Below, piece by piece: positions 55,188-64,000 of a stretch of DNA of 64,000 bases. Position 1 is the first letter of the stretch. Each line of letters opens with the position of its first letter. Below the pieces are notes generated by a model, which was not told the origin of the DNA, made no database searches, and saw only the letters and a list, made by a program, of their open reading frames with translations. This stretch comes from Synergistaceae bacterium. Lineage in GTDB: Bacteria; Synergistota; Synergistia; Synergistales; Synergistaceae. The position numbers were made by a program, and so were the translations under genes. The DNA is taken from positions 1,321 through 65,320 of the forward strand of contig JAIROA010000033.1 in the NCBI GenBank assembly GCA_031257775.1, given 5' to 3'.

Positions 55188-57029
55188 TTAATTGCTCCCG
55201 GACTCGGTGAAATCGGCATCGACAGTAGTGCTGTCCGAGTCTCCGGCCTCCGCGTTCGCGTTGCCGGCATCCGGCGCGGAAGCCTGCTGCGCCTGCGCGT
55301 AAAGCTTCTCCGCGATGGGATGCATGGAGGTGGAAAGCTCGTCCTTGGCCGCGTTGATCCTGGATATGTCATCGGATGACATGGCTTCGCGCAGTGCCGA
55401 TATTTTGGCCTCCACGGCGCCGCGCTCGCTCTCGCTTACCTTGTCCCCCAGATCCTTAAGCGATTTCTCCGCATTATATACGAAGGAGTCGGCTTCGTTG
55501 CGGGCCTCTATAAGCTCCTTCTTGCGCTTGTCCTCGTCCTCGTGACTCTCCGCGTCTTTGCGCATCTTCTCTATGTCCGAATCGGTCAGGCGAGACGACT
55601 GGATCGTGATATGCTGCGCCTTGCCCGTGCCCTTATCTTTGGCGGTCACGTTCACTATGCCGTTAGCGTCAATGTCGAACGTAACCTCTATCTGAGGTAT
55701 GCCCCTCGGTGCCGGCGGAATGCCGTCGAGATTGAACTTGCCGAGCGTCACGTTGTCCGAGGCCATAGCCCTTTCGCCCTGAAGGACGTGAACCTCTACC
55801 TGCGGCTGGTTGTCCGACGCGGTCGTGAAGACCTGGCTCCGCGAGGCCGGTATGGCCGTGTTGCGGTCGATTATCTTAGTGAACACGCCGCCCATGGTCT
55901 CCAGCCCGAGCGAGAGGGGCGTGACGTCCACGAGCACTATGTCCTTGTGTTCGCCTGACAGCACGGCACCCTGGAGGGCAGCGCCTATCGCGACGCATTC
56001 GTCCGGGTTGATTCCCTTTGTCGGCTCCTTGCCGAGCAGATCCTTTACCTTCTTTTGAACCATCGGCATACGCGTGGAGCCGCCGACAAGGAGTATCTTG
56101 TCGACCTCGGAGGGCTTAAGGCCTGCGTCCGAGAGCGCGGACTGCGTCGGCGCCACTACGCGGTCCAGGAGATCCCTCGTCAGATCCTCGAACCGCGCCC
56201 TCGTGAGCGTCAGCTCAAGGTGCCTCGGCCCGTTCTGGTCGGCGGTGATGAAGGGAAGGGATATGGTAGTCTCCGCCATGGACGATAGCTCGACTTTAGC
56301 CTTCTCCGCCGCCTCGCGGAGGCGCTGAACCGCCATGCGGTCCTTCCTCAGATCTACCCCGTCGCTCTTTTTGAACTCGTCCGCCATCCAGTCGACGATC
56401 CGGTTGTCCCAGTCGTCCCCGCCGAGCATGTTGTCGCCTGACGTGGCCAGCACCTCGAACACGCCGTCGCCAACATCGAGGATCGATACGTCGAACGTAC
56501 CGCCGCCAAGGTCGAAAACGAGGATCTTGTGCTCGCCCTCCTTGTCCGCCCCGTAAGCGAGGCAGGCGGCGGTAGGCTCGTTTATGACCCTGAGGACCTC
56601 AAGCCCCGCTATCGTCCCCGCATCCTTCGTGGCCTGACGCTGTGCGTCCGTAAAGTACGCCGGGCAGGTGATCACGGCGTGAGAAACCTGCATCCCGAGG
56701 TATTCCTCAGCATCCCTTTTCAGCTTCTGAAGGATCATCGCCGAAATCTCCTGCGGGCTGTACCCCTTTTCGTCGATCTTGACCTTATGATCCGTGCCCA
56801 TCTTTCTCTTTATGGATATCACGGTCCTGTCGGTGTTCACTATCGCCTGTCGTTTCGCAAGCTGCCCGACAAGGCGCTCGCCCTCTTTCGTGAAAGCCAC
56901 CACGGACGGAGTCGTGCGGTTCCCCTCAGCGTTGGGGATGACCGTTATATTGTCGCCCTCCTTCACCGCGACACAGCTATTCGTCGTGCCGAGGTCGATT
57001 CCTATTACCTTTCCTGTTGTTTTAGCCAT
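55188..57029 (-). CDS. dnaK: molecular chaperone DnaK
   Basis: Canonical Hsp70: [32 protein letters not shown]. Confidence 0.97.
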   Translation of the reverse strand: MAKTTGKVIGIDLGTTNSCVAVKEGDNITVIPNAEGNRTTPSVVAFTKEGERLVGQLAKRQAIVNTDRTVISIKRKMGTDHKVKIDEKGYSPQEISAMILQKLKRDAEEYLGMQVSHAVITCPAYFTDAQRQATKDAGTIAGLEVLRVINEPTAACLAYGADKEGEHKILVFDLGGGTFDVSILDVGDGVFEVLATSGDNMLGGDDWDNRIVDWMADEFKKSDGVDLRKDRMAVQRLREAAEKAKVELSSMAETTISLPFITADQNGPRHLELTLTRARFEDLTRDLLDRVVAPTQSALSDAGLKPSEVDKILLVGGSTRMPMVQKKVKDLLGKEPTKGINPDECVAIGAALQGAVLSGEHKDIVLVDVTPLSLGLETMGGVFTKIIDRNTAIPASRSQVFTTASDNQPQVEVHVLQGERAMASDNVTLGKFNLDGIPPAPRGIPQIEVTFDIDANGIVNVTAKDKGTGKAQHITIQSSRLTDSDIEKMRKDAESHEDEDKRKKELIEARNEADSFVYNAEKSLKDLGDKVSESERGAVEAKISALREAMSSDDISRINAAKDELSTSMHPIAEKLYAQAQQASAPDAGNANAEAGDSDSTTVDADFTESGSN

Positions 57030-57106
57030 TAAAATTACCTTCCTTCTAAACTGAAATTTTTTGATATATTTTTTTAAAAAAACGCCCGGTCAAGGCTTTA
57101 TGCCGG

Positions 57107-57730
57107 TCATTCGGGCTTTTTCCGCCCTACCTTAACCTGAGCGGCGCGCAGCACCTTGTCGCCAAGCCTGTAGCCTCTGTGAAGCTCCTCCAGTATCCTG
57201 CCGTCGTCGCTTTCCTCGACGTCGTCCGCCATAAGGGCTTCGTGCTGCGACGGATCGAACTGGCAATCAGTGGCGATCACCTCTAGCCCAAGGTTCTGAA
57301 GGGCCGCGAAAAACTGCCGCTGAACCATCGACACTCCCTTGTAAAGCTGGGAATCCTTATCCGTCACTGCCCGCAATGTCCTGTCCAGGTTGTCCAGCAC
57401 TGGAATGAGGGCGCTCACAGCGCCTTCCGCGGCTAAAGCCCTGTCCCTGGAGCGGTCCCGCTCTATCCTCGTCCTGTAATTGTAGAAATCAGCCTTCGCC
57501 CTCGCAGCCTCGTCCCTGTAGCTCTCCGATTCGGCTCTCGCCTCTTCGAGAAGCTGCCTGAGCTCGTCAATCTCGGGCCCGCGGCATGACGCTTCCTCAG
57601 ACCCGCTTGCGGATTCCTTGTTTATATCATTTGCCCCGTCATAGCCTGGCGCGTCATTTTTTTCCAGCTCCGGCGCCGCTTCGGCATGAGCGTCGCGGCA
57701 GGCCTTCGGAGCGTTCTTTCCAGCCGGCAT
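57107..57730 (-). CDS. grpE: nucleotide exchange factor GrpE
   Basis: Coiled-coil section followed by a GrpE beta-domain (HEALM ... GYRLGDKVLRAAQVKV). Confidence 0.9.
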   Translation of the reverse strand: MPAGKNAPKACRDAHAEAAPELEKNDAPGYDGANDINKESASGSEEASCRGPEIDELRQLLEEARAESESYRDEAARAKADFYNYRTRIERDRSRDRALAAEGAVSALIPVLDNLDRTLRAVTDKDSQLYKGVSMVQRQFFAALQNLGLEVIATDCQFDPSQHEALMADDVEESDDGRILEELHRGYRLGDKVLRAAQVKVGRKKPE

Positions 57731-57732
57731 TC

Positions 57733-58761
57733 CTATCCATCTCCTTCGTTTTCGTCCGCTTTGCCGACAAGATCCTTCAAAACCCTGTCCAGAACGGATA
57801 TCACTTTTTCGTAGTTCATCCTCTTCGGGCCGATCACCCCGAGCGTCGTTTTCTGCCCGTCTGAACTCGACGACGAGAGGACGACCGCGCAGTTTTTCAT
57901 CTCAGGCAGGTCGTTTTCCTCGCCGATGATCACGCCGATGCCGTCAGTCGTGTCGCACGTTCTCAGAAGATCGACAAGCCCGTCCTCCTGCTCAAGGATG
58001 GAAAATAGCGCCCGGAAGCGGCCTATATCCTGAAAATCAGGGATATTGAAGAGGTTCGCGAGGGAACCTGTGAAAAGCGTCGTATGTTCGCCCGCGAGCA
58101 GCCTGTCCAGATCGATGAGGGCCTTCTGGCATGATTCGGCGTACCGGCCAAGCTCCTGCATAATATAATTCTGAAGCGCGGCGCGGACCTCGCCCCACTC
58201 GTGCCCCGACATCGTGTTTATCCTCCTCGCCAGATCCTGGAGCGTGTCCTGGGAGAGGTCATAGGGCATATTGACTATTTTGTGGTGGACGATCCCGCCC
58301 TCAAGCACGACGAGCAGCAGCACGTTCGACGTGTCGACCCTTATGAAGTCTATCTTGCTGAGACGGGCCTGCCTGAGCTGGGTCACTGCCGCAACTCCGA
58401 CGTAGTGCGAGAGCTGCGTCAGAAGCTCCGAAGCGGAGGTAAGCGCGCCCTCGATGCCGTTCCTGTGGGCCTTCAGGTTATCCACCCACTCGCTCGATAC
58501 CTGCTCCCTCGTCCGCCTGCGCTCGAGAACCGTGTCGACGAAAAGGCGGTACGCCCGCGTCGTCGGAATCCGCCCGGAAGAGGTATGAGGCTGCATGAGG
58601 TATCCCATCTCCTCGAGGTCGGCCATTTCGTTCCTTATGGTGGCCGCGCTCCGTCCGATCAGATAGCGTTTCGAAAGCGTACGCGAGCCGACATGCTCCC
58701 CGCTTTCGATAAACTCGTACACCACTGAGAGCAATACTTCAAGCTGCCGCTCCGTCAGCAT
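57733..58761 (-). CDS. hrcA: heat-inducible transcription repressor HrcA
   Basis: MLTERQLEVLLSVVYEFIESGEHVGSRTLSKRY matches the HrcA N-terminal wHTH. I start at ATG 58761, 6 nt after AAAGGGGGG. The longest ORF would run through the CIRCE operator. Confidence 0.9.
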   Translation of the reverse strand: MLTERQLEVLLSVVYEFIESGEHVGSRTLSKRYLIGRSAATIRNEMADLEEMGYLMQPHTSSGRIPTTRAYRLFVDTVLERRRTREQVSSEWVDNLKAHRNGIEGALTSASELLTQLSHYVGVAAVTQLRQARLSKIDFIRVDTSNVLLLVVLEGGIVHHKIVNMPYDLSQDTLQDLARRINTMSGHEWGEVRAALQNYIMQELGRYAESCQKALIDLDRLLAGEHTTLFTGSLANLFNIPDFQDIGRFRALFSILEQEDGLVDLLRTCDTTDGIGVIIGEENDLPEMKNCAVVLSSSSSDGQKTTLGVIGPKRMNYEKVISVLDRVLKDLVGKADENEGDG

Positions 58762-58796
58762 CCTCATCCCCCCTTTCCGGTGATTTTTAGAACCTA

Positions 58797-58823
58797 TTAG
58801 CACTCATGACTATCGAGTGCTAA
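58797..58823 (-). promoter_or_regulatory. CIRCE operator (HrcA binding site), perfect inverted repeat
   Basis: TTAGCACTC-ATGACTATC-GAGTGCTAA matches the CIRCE consensus TTAGCACTC-N9-GAGTGCTAA exactly. It lies just upstream of hrcA. Confidence 0.95.
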
Positions 58824-58842
58824 GCAGTCGCCCAACAGACAA

Positions 58843-58871
58843 AGATTATCAGGGCATTGGCTAATTGTCAA
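58843..58871 (-). promoter_or_regulatory. candidate sigma-70 promoter of the hrcA-grpE-dnaK-dnaJ operon
   Basis: Minus sense reads TTGACA (58871-58866), a 17-nt spacer ending in TGa, then TAATCT (58848-58843). CIRCE follows about 20 nt downstream, which is the classical arrangement. Confidence 0.5.
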
Positions 58872-58934
58872 GACAAGTCAAATTATTTTTTGACGCCAAT
58901 CTGAAATAAAAAGCTTGAGGGGCATAACGCGGCA

Positions 58935-60044
58935 TCAATTCCCCTGGGCTTCAGGCAGGGCGTCTTCCGTCCAGAATCTGTCCGTCACGAGTTTTTTTAC
59001 GCCCTCGCGGTACGCGTCCAGGCTTTCGGAGCTACTGTCTATCTCAAGCGTGGAACGGCTTCCGTCCGGGCGGTATTTCTTGTTCCACCAGCTCACGGCC
59101 CCCAGCCTCGGGTAACGGCCCGACGCCGCCGATTCGATCGCGTTTTTTATCCAGTCAGCCTTGTCATGAGCTGCGACGGACTCGCTCGCGCCAAGCTCGA
59201 GAATCGCTATCGGCTTTGACGGTGAGAGCGCCGCAAGCCCGGGATAAATTTTCCTCATTATGTCATCGAACGGAACGGCGGGCGCGTCGCCGCGGAGCCT
59301 TCCGTAGACGCTGGCGCCGATCCAGTCTATCCACTCGTCCCCGGGGTAGTAGTACCTCGCGGAGTTCCACGCCTCCTTGGGGTGCCCGCCTGAGGAGATG
59401 TGAAAAACCCATGTGACGTCAAGCGCGCCGGACGAGCGGAATAGCCGCGCAACGTGCCTGTACGCGTCCCTGAAACGCTCCGGCCCATCCGGCCAGCCCC
59501 TTTCCCCGTAAACGTCCTCGCTTCCGCCGTTACACGCGCCGCTCCACGGGAACCACGCGCCGTTCGCCTCCGGGCCGAACTCGATCATTATGGGGAACCC
59601 GAGCGCGCGCGCCTCCTCAGCGCATCTGCGCAGCCCTTCGTCGAACTCGCCGCTCGCGATCCGTTCCATCGTATAGCTGCTTTCGGGCGAATTCTGTTTC
59701 ATCTCGCTCCAGGGCATCATGCCGACAAGAGGCGTGACTCCTTCTCCGTGCAGCGTCCGGCAAGCCTCAGAGGGAAAGCGCATATCCTCTTTCCAGTTAA
59801 AGCTGACGTAGGCCCAGACTATTTTTTTCCCCGCAAGCCCGGTAAAGGAGCGGACGCTTTCCGCCGTCACGAAGTCGTCGGACGGCCCGAAATCAGGATG
59901 CGCCGCGTGGTATGCGCCGGATCCGGATGGGGGCCCCAGTTTAATCGCGCCATAGGCCCGGCAGGGCGCAAACAGGAGAAAAGATGCTGACGCCGCGGCG
60001 CAGGCCGCGAAAAACAAAATGAAAAATAACATACCCCGGCGCAT
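58935..60044 (-). CDS. secreted glycoside hydrolase, GH26-like (tentative)
   Basis: I start at ATG 60044 (MRRGMLFFILFFAACAAASA, a signal peptide). The motif IEFGPEANGAWFPW resembles the GH26 acid/base region. The assignment is tentative. Confidence 0.5.
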   Translation of the reverse strand: MRRGMLFFILFFAACAAASASFLLFAPCRAYGAIKLGPPSGSGAYHAAHPDFGPSDDFVTAESVRSFTGLAGKKIVWAYVSFNWKEDMRFPSEACRTLHGEGVTPLVGMMPWSEMKQNSPESSYTMERIASGEFDEGLRRCAEEARALGFPIMIEFGPEANGAWFPWSGACNGGSEDVYGERGWPDGPERFRDAYRHVARLFRSSGALDVTWVFHISSGGHPKEAWNSARYYYPGDEWIDWIGASVYGRLRGDAPAVPFDDIMRKIYPGLAALSPSKPIAILELGASESVAAHDKADWIKNAIESAASGRYPRLGAVSWWNKKYRPDGSRSTLEIDSSSESLDAYREGVKKLVTDRFWTEDALPEAQGN

Positions 60045-60051
60045 CGCGGCG

Positions 60052-60735
60052 CTAAACCCTTCCCTTTTTTCTGTGCCTGGCCGCGTATAGCGCGACCAAG
60101 AGGGCGCAAAAGAGCACAAGCGCGGCCGTGACCTTGTTAAGCACGGAATCCACTCCCGCTCCCCCAGCGCCCACCCAATAGCCGACGGCAGCCAGCACGG
60201 CCACCCAGATCCCGCTGCCCAGAGCCGTATAGAGGCAGAATTTAAACATGTTCATGCGCGCAAGCCCGGCGGGAAGCGAGACGTACTGCCTTATCACCGG
60301 CAGGAGGCGCGCCGTGAACGTGCTGATGTGCCCGTGCTTCTCGAAAAAGGCTTCCGCCTTGTCCAACGCCTCGGGCGAGACGAAAAAATACTTCCCGAAA
60401 CGGTCGAAAAAGCGCCTGCCCCACCTTACCGCTATATAATAATTGAAGAGCGCCCCAAGGAGGCTGCCGATAACGCCGCACGCGATTACAAGGACAAGGC
60501 TCATCTCGCCCTTGCTCGCAAGGTATCCGGCTGGGGGAATCACGACTTCGCTCGGGAACGGGAAAAAAGACGACTCGAGAAACATGAGGGCTATGACGCC
60601 AGGATACCCGAGCGCCCCGACTACTTCCACCAGCCACTCTATCAGAGCATGAAACGACGACGTTGCCCATTGTAAAAAAACCGCTAGATTATCGATCATT
60701 GGAAAATACTGACCTCCCGGAAGTTTAACTGCCAC
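60052..60735 (-). CDS. DedA-family membrane protein
   Basis: [30 protein letters not shown] is the DedA/SNARE-associated signature, with multiple TM segments. An alternative start is ATG 60699. Confidence 0.85.
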   Translation of the reverse strand: MAVKLPGGQYFPMIDNLAVFLQWATSSFHALIEWLVEVVGALGYPGVIALMFLESSFFPFPSEVVIPPAGYLASKGEMSLVLVIACGVIGSLLGALFNYYIAVRWGRRFFDRFGKYFFVSPEALDKAEAFFEKHGHISTFTARLLPVIRQYVSLPAGLARMNMFKFCLYTALGSGIWVAVLAAVGYWVGAGGAGVDSVLNKVTAALVLFCALLVALYAARHRKKGRV

Positions 60736-60742
60736 GTTCCCC

Positions 60743-61024
60743 TTATTCTACGCTAAATCCACGCTCCGCATGTGACACGGGCTCGTCGCGCACGGTGACG
60801 CTCTTGACTGATGCGGCAGGAGAACCCCTGCGGCACCACTCTACCATATCGTCCACAAGGGCTTCCTCCCCCTGGAACACCGCCTCAACCATTCTGTCCG
60901 GCAGATTGCGGATCCAGCCCGAGAGCCCCAGGGAACTTGCCCGCTCATGCGCGTACCACCTGAAACCGACGCCCTGCACTCTGCCGCTTATGAGGACGCG
61001 CTTTCTGCAAATCCTGTCCGTCAT
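60743..61024 (-). CDS. acyP: acylphosphatase
   Basis: 93 aa. [41 protein letters not shown] is the acylphosphatase signature. Confidence 0.9.
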   Translation of the reverse strand: MTDRICRKRVLISGRVQGVGFRWYAHERASSLGLSGWIRNLPDRMVEAVFQGEEALVDDMVEWCRRGSPAASVKSVTVRDEPVSHAERGFSVE

Positions 61025-61124
61025 CTATTTCCCTCCGTGCCCAAATAAAAATTACCATAATATTCTCACAAAACTGCCTGTCAGTTGTAAGATATCATGA
61101 ATAACGCAAAAACCGAAAGGGGCT

Positions 61125-61670
61125 ATGACGATGATTTCAGACAAAGGCAAATTTCTGCTTTTCGCGGACGATCTTTATGAGGATCTTGAGCTATGGTATC
61201 CGAAACTGCGGCTGATAGAGGCTGGCGCGGAGGTAACAGTGGCGGGGCCGAAAACCGGAACGCTCTACATCGGCAAGCATGGATACCCGTGCACGAGCGA
61301 CGCCGCTATCGATGACATGAGGGAGAGCGATTTCACGGGCCTTATCATCCCTGGCGGCTTTGCGCCGGACAAGTTGCGCCGCATGGAAAGCGTGAAGGAA
61401 CTCACCCGCGCTTTCATGTCCGCCGGAAAACTCGTGGCTCATATCTGCCACGGAGGCTGGATACCGGCCTCCGCGGGCATATGCAAGGGTTTCAAGATGA
61501 CGTCCACCATCGGCATAAGGGACGACCTCATCAACGCTGGCGCGATCTGGACGGACGCGCCTGTCGTCATTGACCGCAACATGGTTTCCAGCCGCAGGCC
61601 CGACGACGCGCCGATGTTCATGAAGGGCATTTTCGAGTTTCTTTCGATGAATCGCGCGACGGCCGCCTAG
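61125..61670 (+). CDS. DJ-1/PfpI family protein (intracellular protease/amidase type)
   Basis: IIPGGFAPD and the nucleophile elbow AHICHGGWI. The start could be the second ATG at 61131. Confidence 0.85.
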   Translation: MTMISDKGKFLLFADDLYEDLELWYPKLRLIEAGAEVTVAGPKTGTLYIGKHGYPCTSDAAIDDMRESDFTGLIIPGGFAPDKLRRMESVKELTRAFMSAGKLVAHICHGGWIPASAGICKGFKMTSTIGIRDDLINAGAIWTDAPVVIDRNMVSSRRPDDAPMFMKGIFEFLSMNRATAA

Positions 61671-61700
61671 CGCCGCGCGAAGCGCCGGCGGCTCGGCTGG

Positions 61701-62144
61701 CTATTCCGCGCCGTTAAACAGATCCTTGGCGCTTGCCGCCGTTATCCCGTGCTTCGCGAAGGCTTCCAGAGCACGCCCGTTGTCGTCGACGCGGAAGATG
61801 ACATAAGCGTTATCCTTTTTGCGCGTGATGGACGCGTAAGAGTACTCGACGCTGACCCCCGCGTCCGCAAGCACCGAAAGCACCTCTGCCAGGCTGCCGG
61901 GCTTGTCCGCGATGCACACGGCCAGCACAGGCGTTACAGAAACGACGCATCCCGCGGCCCGAAGAAGCTCAAGCGTCTTTTCAGGGTCATTGACCATGAG
62001 ACGCAGGACTCCGAAATCCGCGGTGTCGGCCAGCGACATCGCGCGAAGGTCGACCCCGGCGTCCCCCATTATTTTCGTGACTTCCGCGAGGCGTCCCGGT
62101 TTGTTTTCCAGAAATACGGAGATTTGCTCGATTGTCATAATCAT
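61701..62144 (-). CDS. ACT domain-containing (amino-acid-binding) protein
   Basis: Two ACT-like repeats (ISVFLENKPGRLAEVTKIMGDAGVDLRAMS and CIADKPGSLAEVLSVLADAGVSVEY). It sits downstream of the paaK-like ligase, a common pairing. Confidence 0.8.
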   Translation of the reverse strand: MIMTIEQISVFLENKPGRLAEVTKIMGDAGVDLRAMSLADTADFGVLRLMVNDPEKTLELLRAAGCVVSVTPVLAVCIADKPGSLAEVLSVLADAGVSVEYSYASITRKKDNAYVIFRVDDNGRALEAFAKHGITAASAKDLFNGAE

Positions 62145-62162
62145 CCCTCCAATGTCATATTT

Positions 62163-63458
62163 TCATATTTTCCGCTTATCAACGACGCGGACGGCTTTGC
62201 CCTCGCTTCTGGCCAGGCTGCGCGGCGCCACCAGCGTCACTTTCGGCGAAATGCCGAGCATCGCCCTCATGGCCGCCACAAGCTCGTTCTCCCTCGTAGA
62301 TATCTCCTTTATGGTGTCGGAGAACATCTCGGGTGTCAGCTCCACTAAAACCTCGAACGTATCCGTGTGATGAACCCTGTCGACCAATATCTGGTAGTTC
62401 GGCGTGAGCCCGCAGTTCAAAAGCACCGTCTCTATCTGCGACGGAAAGACGTTGACGCCCCTGATTATGAGCATGTCGTCCGTCCTGCCCATCAGCCTCG
62501 ACATTTTAACAAGCGTCCTTCCGCAGGAGCATGGCTTCCGGCTCAATACGCAGATGTCGCGCGTCCTGTACCTCAAAAGAGGGAATGCCTTCTTCGTGAT
62601 GCAGGTAAAAACCAGCTCGCCCTGCTCGCCTTCAGGCAAAACCTCCCCCGTCGCCGGGTCTATTATTTCCGCTATGAAATGATCCTCGTTCACGTGCATT
62701 CCGGTCTGCTCGCAACACTCGAAGGAGACGCCGGGCCCCGATACTTCGGTCAGCCCGTAAATATCATAAGCCTTTATGCCAAGCCGCGCCTCGATGTCGC
62801 GCCGCATCTCCTCGCTCCATGCCTCCGCGCCGAAAATGCCCGCCTTTAGCTTTATCTTGCCGCGGAAGCCCTGGTCTATTATAGTCTCAGCAAGGAACGC
62901 CGCATAGGAGGGCGTGCAGCAGAGAATGGTCGCGTCGAGGTCGCACATGAACTGAATCTGCCTGTCGGTATTTCCGGAAGACATCGGCAAGGTAAGCGAG
63001 CCCACCCTGTGGGAGCCTCCGTTCAGGCCAGGCCCGCCCGTGAATAGCCCGTACCCGTAACAGACATGAACGACGTCATCCTTCCCGCCCCCAGCCGCCA
63101 CTATCGCGCGCGCGCAGCAATCCTCCCAAAGGTCGATGTCGCCCTGCGTATAAAAAGCGACGACGCGCTTGCCGGTCGTCCCGCTCGTGGACTGAATCCT
63201 GACAGCGTCAGCCAGGGGAACGGCCAAAAGCCCGTAAGGATAAGCCTCCTTCAGGTCGTCCTTCGAGAGAAGCGGCAGTTTCGGCAAGTCGTCGACGGAT
63301 TTGATATCGCCCGGTCCTACGCCCTTATCGTCCATCATCTTCCTGTAGCACCGCACGTTATCGTAAACGTGCCTGACGTTCTCGACGAGCCTATTGGACT
63401 GAAGCTCTCTCATTGATTCTCGCGTGGCGCATTCCATTTCCTCTTGATAGTAATTCAC
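62163..63458 (-). CDS. paaK: phenylacetate--CoA ligase family protein (PaaK-like)
   Basis: STSGTTGKRVV, YGLTE and a PaaK-type N-terminal region (ECATRESMRELQSNRL). GTG start 7 nt after AAGGTGGG. Confidence 0.85.
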   Translation of the reverse strand: MNYYQEEMECATRESMRELQSNRLVENVRHVYDNVRCYRKMMDDKGVGPGDIKSVDDLPKLPLLSKDDLKEAYPYGLLAVPLADAVRIQSTSGTTGKRVVAFYTQGDIDLWEDCCARAIVAAGGGKDDVVHVCYGYGLFTGGPGLNGGSHRVGSLTLPMSSGNTDRQIQFMCDLDATILCCTPSYAAFLAETIIDQGFRGKIKLKAGIFGAEAWSEEMRRDIEARLGIKAYDIYGLTEVSGPGVSFECCEQTGMHVNEDHFIAEIIDPATGEVLPEGEQGELVFTCITKKAFPLLRYRTRDICVLSRKPCSCGRTLVKMSRLMGRTDDMLIIRGVNVFPSQIETVLLNCGLTPNYQILVDRVHHTDTFEVLVELTPEMFSDTIKEISTRENELVAAMRAMLGISPKVTLVAPRSLARSEGKAVRVVDKRKI

Positions 63459-63503
63459 GATTTTCCCACCTTTTCAGTGATATTTGCGGATGCTGGCTTG
63501 GAA

Positions 63504-63539
63504 CAAAAAAACCGGGATCCTTTGCCGCAGGATCCCGGT
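63504..63539 (-). terminator. strong intrinsic terminator between a 37-codon ORF and paaK (possible attenuator)
   Basis: Minus-sense RNA reads ACCGGGAUCC-UGCGGCAAA-GGAUCCCGGU, a perfect 10-bp stem (63511-20 with 63530-39). It is followed by U7-8. The terminator ends about 45 nt upstream of the paaK start codon. Confidence 0.75.
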
Positions 63540-63589
63540 CTAACATGATGCCATACGATTTGCCGCGCTTTTTAGCCTATCTTCATCAT

Positions 63590-63703
63590 TTAAGCGGCGG
63601 CATCCGCACAGACCCCATGCATCCCGGGATCCGTGCCGGTAAAGGAGAACAGCGCTACACGAAAATCATAGGAATCGCGAACTCGCGCAATGCCAAATTT
63701 CAT
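63590..63703 (-). CDS. small ORF, 37 codons (candidate leader peptide or small protein)
   Basis: Not in the track because it is shorter than 60 aa. My translation is MKFGIARVRDSYDFRVALFSFTGTDPGMHGVCADAAA. An AAGGAGGAGG SD lies about 8 nt upstream of the ATG. It has its own promoter upstream and a terminator downstream. Confidence 0.4.
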   Translation of the reverse strand: MKFGIARVRDSYDFRVALFSFTGTDPGMHGVCADAAA

Positions 63704-63745
63704 GAGCCCTTGCCTCCTCCTTGGAATGAATTTCCGATAGCTGTC

Positions 63746-63774
63746 TTTATACAACACTCTCATCCGCTTGTCAA
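63746..63774 (-). promoter_or_regulatory. near-consensus sigma-70 promoter driving the small ORF / paaK leader
   Basis: Minus sense reads TTGACA (63774-63769), a 17-nt spacer, then TATAAA (63751-63746). Confidence 0.55.
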
Positions 63775-63859
63775 GACAGACATTCTTCCTGTGCGCCGGA
63801 CAGTGACAGTGAAATTCATGCTATTCATGCTATTGCCCTGAAAATGCCGTCTTCATCTC

Positions 63860-63889
63860 TTGCGCGAAAGCTTAAGAGTGTGATATCAT
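63860..63889 (+). promoter_or_regulatory. candidate promoter for rpsT
   Basis: TTGCGC (63860-65), an 18-nt spacer ending in TGa, then TATCAT (63884-89). Confidence 0.4.
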
Positions 63890-63921
63890 TTCACTCGTTT
63901 TGGAATAAGGAGGTGAGGATC

Positions 63922-64000
63922 ATGCCCAATAAGAAATCAGCGGCGAAGCGCGTATTAATCGCCGAAAAGAACAGGCTCTACAACCGCTACTGGAAAACTC
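63922..64000 (+). CDS. rpsT: 30S ribosomal protein S20, N-terminal fragment (runs off the window)
   Basis: Not in the track because it is truncated by the edge. AAGGAGGTGAGG SD, then ATG 63922. My translation MPNKKSAAKRVLIAEKNRLYNRYWKT matches the S20 N-terminus pattern (KSAxKR ... N). Confidence 0.85.
   Translation, partial: MPNKKSAAKRVLIAEKNRLYNRYWKT

Noticed and set aside
57084-57116. Hairpin plus T7 tract between grpE and dnaK that might be an internal attenuator.
   Set aside because: Only 4-5 bp stems with a large loop can be drawn (GCCCG/CGGGC or CCGG/CCGG). That is too weak to call, and the T-run alone is not evidence.
63413-63841. 142-aa plus-strand ORF covering the paaK upstream region.
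   Set aside because: It runs antisense through the promoter, small ORF and terminator unit and into the paaK start. It has no SD, and its composition is non-protein-like.
1-64000. A search by eye for CRISPR arrays, tRNA/rRNA genes, IS elements, integrases, restriction-modification or other classical defence genes.
   Set aside because: I found no direct-repeat/spacer arrays, no cloverleaf-sized conserved intergenic segments, and no transposase-, integrase- or nuclease-methylase-like ORFs. The intergenic regions are short. The window looks like core chromosome, not a mobile island.

Overview
This is a 64-kb window of moderately GC-rich bacterial chromosome. All calls come from reading the supplied ORF translations plus my own translation of regions the track missed; no database search was possible. 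Gene order resembles an anaerobe of the Firmicutes/Thermotogae/Synergistetes type (inference only).

Layout:
- 1-4.4 kb: a radical-SAM ygiQ gene (runs off the left edge, absent from the ORF track), folK-folP, an MBL hydrolase, a DUF501-like protein and an S1-domain protein, all on the minus strand.
- 4.4-6.0 kb: three uncharacterised genes.
- 6.1-37.6 kb: one contiguous minus-strand flagellar/chemotaxis superoperon with Bacillus fla/che-like order. It runs fliE-F-G-H-I-J, SLT, ylxF-like, fliK, flgD, flgE, flbD, motA, motB, fliL, fliM, fliY, cheY, fliO-P-Q-R, flhB-A-F-G, PilZ, cheB, cheA, cheC, cheD, fliA, DUF342.
- 37.8-44.9 kb (plus strand): nifS-nifU-MOSC, metN-metI, a MATE transporter and an acyl-CoA synthetase.
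- 44.9-58.9 kb (minus strand): a CIRCE-controlled hrcA-grpE-dnaK-dnaJ operon, then prmA-rsmE-mtaB, a non-canonical Hsp70/J-protein pair, rpsU, and a two-gene orphan operon.
- 58.9-64 kb: a GH26-like hydrolase, DedA, acylphosphatase, PfpI, ACT-paaK, and the start of rpsT (runs off the right edge, absent from the track).

I found no CRISPR array, tRNA/rRNA, transposase, integrase or classical defence genes.

The most interesting unexplained content:
1. The orphan pair at 44941-47910 next to the extra Hsp70/J pair at 48333-50926.
2. The acidic/basic orphan pair at 4417-5598.
3. A perfect sigma-28 promoter consensus inside the flagellar operon.
4. A promoter, 37-codon ORF and terminator unit upstream of paaK that looks like an attenuator.
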